Notes: a model not told the origin generated them from the sequence alone. 37,633 nt of DNA from Nemertoderma westbladi (GCA_032718475.1 JAUCBJ010003248.1:1-37633), one strand, 5' to 3'; positions 22,858-36,300 are shown, numbered from the stretch's first letter. Program-made: numbers and translations.

Positions 22858-24908
22858 ACGATAGAATGGATGGCTAGCATCCCAGAGTCCTCATTCCATC
22901 ATCTTACCGACTTCAGTTATTTCAGTGTCTTTCAGAGACATTTCAATTATTTCACTGAGGGAGATCGCTCGTGGAACGGCATTTGCTATTATACTATTTA
23001 TATATGTTTCTGCCATGATCTGCTCCTTACTTAAGGTTATTTCGCCATGTGGCTTTCTGGAAAGTATATCTGCTGGATTTTCGGCCCCTTTGATAAACTT
23101 TATGTTGAACGAATATTGTTGTAACAATAATGCCCAGCGCTGAACTCTTGGGGATGGCTTTCCGGTTGGGGAAAATATGTATTTTAATGGTTTGTGGTCA
23201 GACCAAATATTGAAAGTTGTACCATATAGAAACAAATGAAACTTTCCACAGGCCCATGTTACTGCCAATGCTTCCCTTTCCAACTGGCTATATCGCCGCT
23301 CTACATTTGTGAGGCATTTTGATGCATAGGATATTGGCAGAAATTTATCATTGCATTCTTGCATTAGGATAGCTCCGACTCCTACAGGACTAGCATCTAC
23401 TATTAAATGGGTATCTTTATTGATATCTTAATGCCCCATGACATCAATAGATGTGACTCTCTGCTTCAATTTTTCAAATGCACACTTCTCCTGTGCCTCT
23501 CATTTCCATTTTGAATTCTTTCGAGTTAAAGCTTGAATTGGTTCCGAGATGGTGGCGAGATCTTGTATAAACTGGCCCATATAATTTACGAGTCCCATGA
23601 AGCTTCTCACTTCGGTCACATTATTTGGTTCTACAAAAGAAGTGACTGCTTCTATATGTGACTCAAGTGGCTGTACCCCATTTTTAGAGATCCTCAACCC
23701 AAAGAACTATACTTCAGTTACACCGAATATACACTTTTCTGGCTTCAAAGTTAGGTTAAATTTTTGCAACATCTTCAGTACTTCGTCGAGTGTGTTATCA
23801 TGGGTTTTTTTGTCTTTACCCCAATATTAGTATATATATCATCCTGGAGATTACTGCAATTTTGTATTCCGGCCAATATTTTTGATAATATTCTTTGGCC
23901 ATCCTCAGATGCTGATGCAATCCCCATTACCAGGACCTTATAGCGATAGATCCCATCCGACATTGAGAATGTGGTAATCTCACGAGAATCTGGGTGTAAA
24001 GGAATTTGATGGAAATAAGATCTTAGATCTAGTTTGGAGAATATGCAAGAACCATTCACTCTTTCTATCAATTCTTCACGTGTTGGAATTGGAAATCGAC
24101 TTCTTGTTATTGCCCTATTCACCTGGCATAAGTCGACACACAGTCGTATATCGCCATCTGGTTTTGGGTCAACAACTATCGGAGAAACCCACGGGGTTGG
24201 CCCATATACTGGTTCAATCATGTCCTGTCTAAGCATCTCTTTGATTTTTTCTTGCACTAGTTTCTTTGTGTGGAAAGGCACACGTCTAACTGGCTGGGCC
24301 ACAGGTTCAACATCATGGTTAATATTGAGTTTTAATTCTGTACCTCTTAGTCTTCCTATCCCATCAAAAACGTCAGGATATTGCTCTATTGGAGACATTA
24401 TTCCATTTATATTCATTATGTTATCTTCTTGCAATTTTATCAATCCCAATTGTTTAGAAGAATGTTTGCTAAGAATGTTTCCTGTAGTTTCATGTTCTGT
24501 GACTAAGATTCGTGCTGGAGTTCGGTTTTTGCCATATGAGATTACAGCGAAAAACTCTCCCTGCAGAGGAATAGGTTTAATTTGTCCATAAGCCTTTGGT
24601 TTTGCAGTGGTTTTTGTCATTGTAATTTTTCGATTTGCATTCAGTATTTCTTTGTATGTCTTACCATCTACCATATTTACATCCGATCCTGAATCAGCAA
24701 GCATACCCACTGAATATCCATCAATTTCAATAAGAGTTTCTCTGATGTTCTTAGAAATCTTAAAAATATATGTGTCATCATCACTGTCTGAGTCTACTTC
24801 TAGCTGTTGTATTTTGGTTTCTACAGTATGTAGCTGCCCATCGTCATCGTCACAAACTATATCCTCCAATATTGCTTTGTTCTTTGCTGAGGACCAGTTG
24901 ATCGACAC
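22858..24908 (-). pseudogene. Gypsy pol: protease, reverse transcriptase and RNase H, with frameshifts/stops
   Basis: PR MLADSGSDVN. RT PWVSPIVV, IRLCVDL, FSKLDLRSYFHQI and NLQDDI. RH DASPVGVGAIL, RYSQLEREALA and SDHKPL. The domains are split over several ORFs. Confidence 0.92.
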
Positions 24909-25678
24909 ATGTTAGCAAAATGGCAGAATGGTTAACACGTTGGCAATAATTACATTTTTTTCCAAGAGCTGGGCATGATTTATCACCATGTAGATGACCT
25001 GAACTTCCACACCCATAGCATTGAATATTTCTCTTGTTTTGCCAAGTTGGCTGATATTTTTCTGGCCGTGTCTTATATTTTGAAATCTTGTTGACTTCTG
25101 TTGTATTGCCGGAGCCCTCAATTGCTGCAGCATGAGCATTTTTGCTGATTCAACAGCATATGCAGTCCTTAGAATAGATTCCAACGTGATTTTTTGTTCC
25201 TTTAAGAAAGTTTTTCTTAATTTCTTGTTGCTACACTTGTCTATAATTTGATCTATAATTGCCTTTTCGAGACTATATTCTTCGAATTTGCAGTGCAATG
25301 CTGCTGTTTTAAGCCGAGTAACAAAACTCAGCATTGATTCCTCATCTTCTTGAATAAAACATCGAAATTTATGTTTTATTTTTATTTATTATGTTTAAAT
25401 TTATGTTTAAATTTAAACACTCATTTCGTTTAGCTTCAAAATGTGAATCTAATTCCGATTTAGCCTGTTGATAACTTTCTACCTTTGGTAGAGTTTTTAA
25501 TACATCTCTTATGCGCTTCCCTCCTATATATTTCAGCAATGCGAGTTTATCGGCTTCCTCTGTGCGCTGCGCTGCTATAAAGAACAGTTCAATATTTTCA
25601 CTCCATTCTTCCCAAATTGCAGCCGGATCTCCACCCGAATCTAAATCCACCCGCTGGTGGTTGAATATTTGTAGCCAT
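24909..25678 (-). pseudogene. Gypsy gag, disrupted
   Basis: ATG at 25678. WEEWSENIELFF...LLKYIGG and FVTRLKTAALHCKF are present, with Cys/His knuckles (CYGCGSSGH; CNYCQRVNH) in a shifted frame. An AT-rich insertion lies near 25365-25420. Confidence 0.85.
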
Positions 25679-25697
25679 GTTCTTTGGTTTAGACTAC

Positions 25698-26166
25698 ACG
25701 GTTTAAACTCGCCTCGTCAGGTTGTTGGGCCTCGGCGGATAGCTAACGACGGTTTAAACTCGCGTTGTTAGGTCGTTGGACCTCGGCGGATAGTTAACGA
25801 CTGTTTTAAACTCGCGTTGTTAGGTCGTTGGACCGTGGCAGATAGTTAACGACGGTTTAAACTCGCGTTGTTAGGTCGTTGGACCTCGGCGGATAGTTAA
25901 GGACGGTTTAAACTCGCATTGATAGGTCGTTGGACCTCGGCGGATAGTTAACGACTGTTTTAAACTCGCGTTGTTAGGTCGTTGGACCGTAGCGGATAGT
26001 TAACGACGGTTTAAACTCGCGTTGTTAGGTCGTTGGACCTTGGCGGATCGTTGAGAACAGTTTTAAACTCGCCTCGTCAGGTTGTTGGACCTCGGCGGAT
26101 AGTTAACGACGGTTTAAACTCGCATTAATAGGTCGTTGGACCTCGGCGGATGGTTAACGATGGTTT
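25698..26166 (-). repeat. Nine 51-52-bp tandem units in the 5' leader of the Gypsy element
   Basis: TTTAAACTCGC recurs nine times between about 25702 and 26113. Plus-strand consensus is ACGGTTTAAACTCGCGTTGTTAGGTCGTTGGACCTCGGCGGATAGTTAACG. Confidence 0.95.
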
Positions 26167-26251
26167 TCGTTGGCCTTAATTAAACTTCAGTTCAGAATAT
26201 ATTTCCCTGAATAGATCTGTCTGTAGTAATCAAACAGTTGTGAGTATGTTT

Positions 26252-26264
26252 ATCCTCGTCGCCA
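26252..26264 (-). promoter_or_regulatory. Primer-binding site TGGCGACGAGGAT, complementary to the 3' end of tRNA-Ser(GCU)
   Basis: Lies 1 nt from the 5' LTR. Metazoan tRNA-Ser(GCU) ends ...AUCCUCGUCG-CCA (from memory). Confidence 0.85.
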
Positions 26265-26265
26265 T

Positions 26266-26414
26266 TAAAATGTATTCTCTTCCTTAGTTCAATAGTATAA
26301 TAAAGAAGGCTCCAGCCCATCACCTATATATTAGTCAGTCAAGACCTATGTATGTACATTGTCTTACTCAGTATCTATAGTTCTCCAGTTCTGTAATTCA
26401 GTCCCAACATTACA
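26266..26414 (-). repeat. 5' LTR (149 bp)
   Basis: Direct repeat of 21383-21531; begins TGTAATG on the element strand. Confidence 0.93.
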
Positions 26415-26662
26415 AACTGTAAAATAGATAAAAAATTAGATTTATTATAATTTGTGATGAAGTGACTGAAAATCTGTAGCGAAATTTTTTTGCGTTTGAG
26501 TCACCTCGACACTTCGTTATAGAAATTCTGTGTTGAAGACTTTGCTAAACTGTACCCAACGAAAATTCGAATTCGGTACTACGGTAGTAATTACACTTAG
26601 GCATCGGAAATCGTAATTTATTATCAGCTTATTTATTCAGCATTCATTATATTCCTCTGTAG

Positions 26663-27258
26663 GCCAAACTACTACAATGACAAACCGCCCCAACTAAGGC
26701 TCCATCCTCGCAGCCTTCTTGGGGCAACCAAGCGTAGGGCGTCTCATCGGAGGTTAGTGTACCGCCAGCGGCCGGACCACCCGTACCGTCGGACACTGAC
26801 CACTAACCCGGACCCAGCTGCATATCGGACGGAGAACCCGAACGCAGCTGCATATCGGACGGAGAACTCGGACCCAGCTGCACATCGGACGGAGAACCCG
26901 AACGCAGCTGCATATCGGTCGGAGAACACGAATCCAGCTGCATATAGGTCGGATAATCCGGACCCAGCTACATATGAGACGGCGAACCCTGACACAGCTG
27001 CATTTCGGACGGAGAACCCGGACCCAGCTGCATACCAGTTCGACAACCCGGATTCAGCCCCATACGAGGTGGACGACCCAGTACCTGATACCGACGCACG
27101 TCTACCAATTAAACTCGAGAATCACGACCCCTGTCGGTTTTCTCCGGGTTCATTTCGAACCGGAACATCCGAGATTCACTCCGAATCAACGTCCTTAACA
27201 ACCAGTTCGTCAGTTAGCCAATTACCTGGCAGCAGTGCCCCCGCTTGTATATATAGCG
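26663..27258 (+). CDS. Probable internal coding exon with about 9 copies of a 10-aa repeat (NPDPAAYRTE)
   Basis: Acceptor attcctctgtag|G at 26662/26663 and donor AGCG|GTAAGT at 27258/27259. The frame is open throughout and the segment is GC-rich relative to its flanks. A 30-bp minisatellite spans about 26805-27075. Confidence 0.6.
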
Positions 27259-27341
27259 GTAAGTATATAGACAGCAACTAGTGCAACTAAAACTTTAACA
27301 TTATTCTCACTCGAACAAAAACAATAGACTTAACCCAAATG

Positions 27342-30300
27342 CAGTTATCTGCTAACATATTTAAATAGAGTGGAACTAGTTCCAGTTATCTGGTAACATA
27401 TTTAAATAGAGTTGAACTAGTTCCAGTTATCTGCTAACATATTTAAATAGAGTGGAACTAGTTCCAGTTATCTGGTAACATATTTAAATAGAGTTGAACT
27501 AGTTCCAGTTATCTGCTAACATATTTAAATAGAGTGGAACTAGTTCCAGTTATCTGGTAACATATTTAAATAGAGTTGAACTAGTTCCAGTTATCTGGTA
27601 ACATATTTATATAGAGTGGAACTAGTTCCAGTTATCTGGTAACATATTTAAATAGAGTGGAACTAGTTCCAGTTATCTGGTAACATATTTAAATAGAGTT
27701 GAACTAGTTCCAGTTATCTGCTAACATATTTAAATAGAGTGGAACTAGTTCCAGTTATCTGGTAACATATTTAAATAGAGTTGAACTAGTTCCAGTTATC
27801 TGGTAACATATTTAAATAGAGTTGAACTAGTTCCAGTTATCTGCTAACATATTTAAATAGAGTGGAACTAGTTCCAGTTATCTGGTAACATATTTAAATA
27901 GAGTTGAACTAGTTCCAGTTATCTGGTAACATATTTATATAGAGTGGAACTAGTTCCAGTTATCTGGTAACATATTTAAATAGAGTGGAACTAGTTCCAG
28001 TTATCTGGTAACATATTTAAATAGAGTGGAACTAGTTCCAGTTATCTGGTAACATATTTAAATAGAGTGGAACTAGTTCCAGTTATCTGGTAACATATTT
28101 AAATAGAGTGGAACTAGTTCCAGTTATCTGGTAACATATTTAAATAGAGTGGAACTAGTTCCAGTTATCTGGTAACATATTTAAATAGAGTTGAACTAGT
28201 TCCAGTTATCTGGTAACATATTTAAATAGAGTTGAACTAGTTCCAGTTATCTGGTAACATATTTATATAGAGTGGAACTAGTTCCAGTTATCTGGTAACA
28301 TATTTAAATAGAGTGGAACTAGTTCCAGTTATCTGGTAACATATTTAAATAGAGTGGAACTAGTTCCAGTTATCTGGTAACATATTTAAATAGAGTGGAA
28401 CTAGTTCCAGTTATCTGGTAACATATTTAAATAGAGTGGAACTAGTTCCAGTTATCTGGTAACATATTTAAATAGAGTGGAACTAGTTCCAGTTATCTTG
28501 TAACATATTTATATAGAGTGGAACTAGTTCCAGTTATCTTGTAACATATTTATATAGAGTGGAACTAGTTCCAGTTATCTGGTAACATATTTAAATAGAG
28601 TTGAACTAGTTCCAGTTATCTGGTAACATATTTAAATAGAGTGGAACTAGTTCCAGTTATCTGGTAACATATTTAAATAGAGTGGAACTGGTTCCAGTTA
28701 TCTTGTAACATATTTAAATAGAGTGGAACTAGTTCCAGTTATCTGGTAACATATTTAAATAGAGTGGAACTAGTTCCAGTTATCTGGTAACATATTTAAA
28801 TAGAGTGGAACTAGTTCCAGTTATCTGGTAACATATTTAAATAGAGTGGAACTAGTTCCAGTTATCTGGTAACATATTTAAATAGAGTGGAACTGGTTCC
28901 AGTTATCTTGTAACATATTTAAATAGAGTTGAACTAGTTCCAGTTATCTGGTAACATATTTAAATAGAGTGGAACTAGTTCCAGTTATCTGGTAACATAT
29001 TTAAATAGAGTGGAACTAGTTCCAGTTATCTGGTAACATATTTAAATAGAGTGGAACTAGTTCCAGTTATCTGGTAACATATTTAAATTGAGTGGAACTG
29101 GTTCCAGTTATCTTGTAACATATTTATATAGAGTGGAACTAGTTCCAGTTATCTGGTAACATATTTAAATAGAGTGGAACTAGTTCCAGTTATCTGGTAA
29201 CATATTTAAATAGAGTGGAACTAGTTACAGTTATCTGGTAACATATTTAAATAGAGTGGAACTAGTTCCAGTTATCTGGTAACATATTTAAATAGAGTGG
29301 AACTAGTTCCAGTTATCTGGTAACATATTTAAATAGAGTGGAACTAGTTCCAGTTATCTGGTAACATATTTAAATAGAGTTGAACTGGTTCCAGTTATCT
29401 TGTAACATATTTATATAGAGTGGAACTAGTTCCAGTTATCTGGTAACATATTTATATAGAGTGGAACTAGTTCCAGTTATCTGGTAACATATTTAAATAG
29501 AGTTGAACTGGTTCCAGTTATCTTGTAACATATTTATATAGAGTGGAACTAGTTCCAGTTATCTGGTAACATATTTATATAGAGTGGAACTAGTTCCAGT
29601 TATCTGGTAACATATTTAAATAGAGTTGAACTGGTTCCAGTTATCTTGTAACATATTTATATAGAGTGGAACTAGTTCCAGTTATCTGGTAACATATTTA
29701 TATAGAGTGGAACTAGTTCCAGTTATCTGGTAACATATTTAAATAGAGTGGAACTAGTTCCAGTTATCTGGTAACATATTTAAATAGAGTGGAACTAGTT
29801 CCAGTTATCTGGTAACATATTTAAATAGAGTTGAACTGGTTCCAGTTATCTTGTAACATATTTAAATAGAGTGGAACTGGTTCCAGTTATCTTGTAACAT
29901 ATTTATATAGAGTGGAACTAGTTCCAGTTATCTGGTAACATATTTTAATAGAGTGGAACTGGTTCCAGTTATCTTGTAACATATTTAAATAGAGTGGAAC
30001 TAGTTCCAGTTATCTTGTAACATATTTAAATAGAGTGGAACTAGTTCCAGTTATCTGGTAACATATTTAAATAGAGTTGAACTAGTTCCAGTTATCTGGT
30101 AACATATTTAAATAGAGTTGAACTAGTTCCAGTTATCTGGTAACATATTTAAATAGAGTGGAACTAGTTCCAGTTATCTGGTAACATATTTAAATAGAGT
30201 GGAACTAGTTCCAGTTATCTGGTAACATATTTAAATAGAGTTGAACTAGTTCCAGTTATCTGGTAACATATTTAAATAGAGTGGAACTAGTTCCAGTTAT

Positions 30301-33300
30301 CTGGTAACATATTTATATAGTGGGAACTAGTTCCAGTTATCTGGTAACATATTTAAATAGAGTGGAACTAGTTCCAGTTATCTGGTAACATATTTAAATA
30401 GAGTGGAACTAGTTCCAGTTATCTGGTAACATATTTAAATAGAGTGGAACTAGTTCCAGTTATCTGGTAACATATTTAAATAGAGTGGAACTAGTTCCAG
30501 TTATCTGGTAACATATTTAAATAGAGTGGAACTAGTTACAGTTATCTGGTAACATATTTAAATAGAGTGGAACTAGTTCCAGTTATCTGGTAACATATTT
30601 AAATAGAGTGGAACTAGTTCCAGTTATCTGGTAACATATTTAAATAGAGTGGAACTAGTTCCAGTTATCTGGTAACATATTTAAATAGAGTGGAACTGGT
30701 TCCAGTTATCTTGTAACATATTTATATAGAGTGGAACTAGTTCCAGTTATCTGGTAACATATTTTAATAGAGTGGAACTGGTTCCAGTTATCTGGTAACA
30801 TATTTATATAGAGTGGAACTAGTTCCAGTTATCTTGTAACATATTTAAATAGAGTGGAACTAGTTCCAGTTATCTTGTAACATATTTAAATAGAGTGGAA
30901 CTAGTTCCAGTTATCTTGTAACATATTTAAATAGAGTGGAACTAGTTCCAGTTATCTGGTAACATATTTAAATAGAGTGGAACTAGTTCCAGTTATCTGG
31001 TAACATATTTAAATAGAGTGGAACTGGTTCCAGTTATCTGGTAACATATTTATATAGAGTGGAACTAGTTCCAGTTATCTGGTAACATATTTAAATAGAG
31101 TGGAACTGGTTCCAGTTATCTGGTAACATATTTATATAGAGTGGAACTAGTTCCAGTTATCTTGTAACATATTTAAATAGAGTGGAACTAGTTCCAGTTA
31201 TCTGGTAACATATTTAAATAGAGTGGAACTAGTTCCAGTTATCTGGTAACATATTTAAATAGAGTGGAACTAGTTCCAGTTATCTGGTAACATATTTAAA
31301 TAGAGTGGAACTAGTTCCAGTTATCTGGTAACATATTTAAATAGAGTTGAACTAGTTCCAGTTATCTGGTAACATATTTAAATAGAGTGGAACTAGTTCC
31401 AGTTATCTGGTAACATATTTAAATAGAGTTGAACTAGTTCCAGTTATCTGGTAACATATTTAAATAGAGTGGAACTAGTTCCAGTTATCTGGTAACATAT
31501 TTATATAGTGGGAACTAGTTCCAGTTATCTGGTAACATATTTAAATAGAGTGGAACTAGTTCCAGTTATCTGGTAACATATTTAAATAGAGTGGAACTAG
31601 TTCCAGTTATCTGGTAACATATTTAAATAGAGTGGAACTAGTTCCAGTTATCTGGTAACATATTTAAATAGAGTGGAACTAGTTCCAGTTATCTGGTAAC
31701 ATATTTAAATAGAGTTGAACTAGTTCCAGTTATCTGGTAACATATTTAAATAGAGTGGAACTAGTTCCAGTTATCTGGTAACATATTTAAATAGAGTGGA
31801 ACTAGTTCCAGTTATCTGGTAACATATTTAAATAGAGTGGAACTAGTTCCAGTTATTGGTAACATATTTATATAGTGGGAACTAGTTCCAGTTATCTGGT
31901 AACATATTTAAATAGAGTGGAACTAGTTCCAGTTATCTGGTAACATATTTAAATAGAGTGGAACTAGTTCCAGTTATCTGGTAACATATTTAAATAGAGT
32001 GGAACTAGTTCCAGTTATCTGGTAACATATTTAAATAGAGTGGAACTAGTTCCAGTTATCTGGTAACATATTTAAATAGAGTGGAACTAGTTCCAGTTAT
32101 CTGGTAACATATTTAAATAGAGTGGAACTAGTTCCAGTTATCTGGTAACATATTTAAATAGAGTGGAACTAGTTCCAGTTATCTGGTAACATATTTAAAT
32201 AGAGTGGAACTAGTTCCAGTTATTGGTAACATATTTATATAGTGGGAACTAGTTCCAGTTATCTGGTAACATATTTAAATAGAGTGGAACTAGTTCCAGT
32301 TATTGGTAACATATTTATATAGTGTGGAACTAGTTCCAGTTATCTGGTAACATATTTAAATAGAGTGGAACTAGTTCCAGTTATCTGGTAACATATTTAA
32401 ATAGAGTGGAACTAGTTCCAGTTATCTGGTAACATATTTATATAGTGGGAACTAGTTCCAGTTATCTGGTAACATATTTAAATAGAGTGGAACTAGTTCC
32501 AGTTATCTGGTAACATATTTATATAGAGTGGAACTAGTTCCAGTTATCTGGTAACATATTTAAATAGAGTGGAACTAGTTCCAGTTATCTGGTAACATAT
32601 TTAAATAGAGTGGAACTAGTTCCAGTTATCTGGTAACATATTTAAATAGAGTGGAACTAGTTCCAGTTATCTGGTAACATATTTAAATAGAGTGGAACTA
32701 GTTCCAGTTATCTGGTAACATATTTAAATAGAGTGGAACTAGTTCCAGTTATCTGGTAACATATTTAAATAGAGTGGAACTAGTTCCAGTTATCTGGTAA
32801 CATATTTAAATAGAGTGGAACTAGTTCCAGTTATCTGGTAACATATTTAAATAGAGTGGAACTAGTTCCAGTTATCTGGTAACATATTTATATAGTGGGA
32901 ACTAGTTCCAGTTATCTGGTAACATATTTAAATAGAGTGGAACTAGTTCCAGTTATCTGGTAACATATTTAAATAGAGTGGAACTAGTTCCAGTTATCTG
33001 GTAACATATTTAAATAGAGTGGAACTAGTTCCAGTTATCTGGTAACATATTTAAATAGAGTGGAACTAGTTCCAGTTATCTGGTAACATATTTAAATAGA
33101 GTGGAACTAGTTCCAGTTATCTGGTAACATATTTAAATAGAGTGGAACTAGTTCCAGTTATCTGGTAACATATTTAAATAGAGTGGAACTAGTTCCAGTT
33201 ATCTGGTAACATATTTAAATAGAGTGGAACTAGTTCCAGTTATCTGGTAACATATTTAAATAGAGTGGAACTAGTTCCAGTTATCTGGTAACATATTTAT

Positions 33301-36300
33301 ATAGAGTGGAACTAGTTCCAGTTATCTGGTAACATATTTAAATAGAGTGGAACTAGTTCCAGTTATCTGGTAACATATTTATATAGAGTGGAACTAGTTC
33401 CAGTTATCTGGTAACATATTTAAATAGAGTGGAACTAGTTCCAGTTATCTGGTAACATATTTAAATAGAGTGGAACTAGTTCCAGTTATCTGGTAACATA
33501 TTTAAATAGAGTGGAACTAGTTCCAGTTATCTGGTAACATATTTAAATAGAGTGGAACTAGTTCCAGTTATCTGGTAACATATTTAAATAGAGTGGAACT
33601 AGTTCCAGTTATCTGGTAACATATTTAAATAGAGTGGAACTAGTTCCAGTTATCTGGTAACATATTTAAATAGAGTGGAACTAGTTCCAGTTATCTGGTA
33701 ACATATTTAAATAGAGTGGAACTAGTTCCAGTTATCTGGTAACATATTTAAATAGAGTGGAACTAGTTCCAGTTATCTGGTAACATATTTAAATAGAGTG
33801 GAACTAGTTCCAGTTATCTGGTAACATATTTAAATAGAGTGGAACTAGTTCCAGTTATCTGGTAACATATTTAAATAGAGTGGAACTAGTTCCAGTTATC
33901 TGGTAACATATTTAAATAGAGTGGAACTAGTTCCAGTTATCTGGTAACATATTTAAATAGAGTGGAACTAGTTCCAGTTATCTGGTAACATATTTAAATA
34001 GAGTGGAACTAGTTCCAGTTATCTGGTAACATATTTAAATAGAGTGGAACTAGTTCCAGTTATCTGGTAACATATTTAAATAGAGTGGAACTAGTTCCAG
34101 TTATCTGGTAACATATTTAAATAGAGTGGAACTAGTTCCAGTTATCTGGTAACATATTTAAATAGAGTGGAACTAGTTCCAGTTATCTGGTAACATATTT
34201 AAATAGAGTGGAACTAGTTCCAGTTATCTGGTAACATATTTAAATAGAGTGGAACTAGTTCCAGTTATCTGGTAACATATTTAAATAGAGTGGAACTAGT
34301 TCCAGTTATCTGGTAACATATTTAAATAGAGTGGAACTAGTTCCAGTTATCTGGTAACATATTTAAATAGAGTGGAACTAGTTCCAGTTATCTGGTAACA
34401 TATTTAAATAGAGTGGAACTAGTTCCAGTTATCTGGTAACATATTTAAATAGAGTGGAACTAGTTCCAGTTATCTGGTAACATATTTAAATAGAGTGGAA
34501 CTAGTTCCAGTTATCTGGTAACATATTTAAATAGAGTGGAACTAGTTCCAGTTATCTGGTAACATATTTAAATAGAGTGGAACTAGTTCCAGTTATCTGG
34601 TAACATATTTAAATAGAGTGGAACTAGTTCCAGTTATCTGGTAACATATTTAAATAGAGTGGAACTAGTTCCAGTTATCTGGTAACATATTTAAATAGAG
34701 TGGAACTAGTTCCAGTTATCTGGTAACATATTTAAATAGAGTGGAACTAGTTCCAGTTATCTGGTAACATATTTAAATAGAGTGGAACTAGTTCCAGTTA
34801 TCTGGTAACATATTTAAATAGAGTGGAACTAGTTCCAGTTATCTGGTAACATATTTAAATAGAGTGGAACTAGTTCCAGTTATCTGGTAACATATTTAAA
34901 TAGAGTGGAACTAGTTCCAGTTATCTGGTAACATATTTAAATAGAGTGGAACTAGTTCCAGTTATCTGGTAACATATTTAAATAGAGTGGAACTAGTTCC
35001 AGTTATCTGGTAACATATTTAAATAGAGTGGAACTAGTTCCAGTTATCTGGTAACATATTTAAATAGAGTGGAACTAGTTCCAGTTATCTGGTAACATAT
35101 TTATATAGAGTGGAACTAGTTCCAGTTATCTGGTAACATATTTAAATAGAGTGGAACTAGTTCCAGTTATCTGGTAACATATTTAAATAGAGTGGAACTA
35201 GTTCCAGTTATCTGGTAACATATTTAAATAGAGTGGAACTAGTTCCAGTTATCTGGTAACATATTTAAATAGAGTGGAACTAGTTCCAGTTATCTGGTAA
35301 CATATTTAAATAGAGTGGAACTAGTTCCAGTTATCTGGTAACATATTTAAATAGAGTGGAACTAGTTCCAGTTATCTGGTAACATATTTAAATAGAGTGG
35401 AACTAGTTCCAGTTATCTGGTAACATATTTAAATAGAGTGGAACTAGTTCCAGTTATCTTGTAACATATTTATATAGAGTGGAACTAGTTCCAGTTATCT
35501 GGTAACATATTTAAATAGAGTGGAACTAGTTCCAGTTATCTGGTAACATATTTAAATAGAGTGGAACTAGTTCCAGTTATCTGGTAACATATTTAAATAG
35601 AGTGGAACTAGTTCCAGTTATCTGGTAACATATTTAAATAGAGTGGAACTAGTTCCAGTTATCTGGTAACATATTTAAATAGAGTGGAACTAGTTCCAGT
35701 TATCTGGTAACATATTTAAATAGAGTGGAACTAGTTCCAGTTATCTGGTAACATATTTAAATAGAGTGGAACTAGTTCCAGTTATCTGGTAACATATTTA
35801 AATAGAGTGGAACTAGTTCCAGTTATCTGGTAACATATTTAAATAGAGTGGAACTAGTTCCAGTTATCTGGTAACATATTTATATAGAGTGGAACTAGTT
35901 CCAGTTATCTGGTAACATATTTAAATAGAGTGGAACTAGTTCCAGTTATCTTGTAACATATTTAAATAGAGTGGAACTAGTTCCAGTTATCTGGTAACAT
36001 ATTTATATAGAGTGGAACTAGTTCCAGTTATCTGGTAACATATTTAAATAGAGTGGAACTAGTTCCAGTTATCTGGTAACATATTTAAATAGAGTGGAAC
36101 TAGTTCCAGTTATCTGGTAACATATTTATATAGAGTGGAACTAGTTCCAGTTATCTGGTAACATATTTAAATAGAGTGGAACTAGTTCCAGTTATCTGGT
36201 AACATATTTAAATAGAGTGGAACTAGTTCCAGTTATCTGGTAACATATTTAAATAGAGTGGAACTAGTTCCAGTTATCTGGTAACATATTTAAATAGAGT

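Larger units (their letters stand above)
21383..26414 (-). mobile_element. Full-length Ty3/Gypsy LTR retrotransposon (Mag-like), coding-decayed
   Basis: Two 149-bp LTRs, PBS, PPT and TSD AACTG (21378-21382, 26415-26419). Domain order is gag-PR-RT-RH-IN. Confidence 0.96.

Noticed and set aside
13056-26000. Short alternative-frame and antisense ORFs over ACOX, Merlin and Gypsy (e.g. 13548-13877, 15764-16045, 18725-19201, 24034-24591)
   Set aside because: These are shadows of real coding sequence with no independent motifs.
25698-26166. CRISPR-like or ribozyme array
   Set aside because: There are no variable spacers, and no hammerhead (CUGAUGA/GAAA) or HDV core is recognisable in the unit.
26744-27046. 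Minus-strand repeat ORF (YAAGSGFSVR)n
   Set aside because: It is the antisense of the 30-bp minisatellite. The splice signals and longer open frame favour the plus strand.
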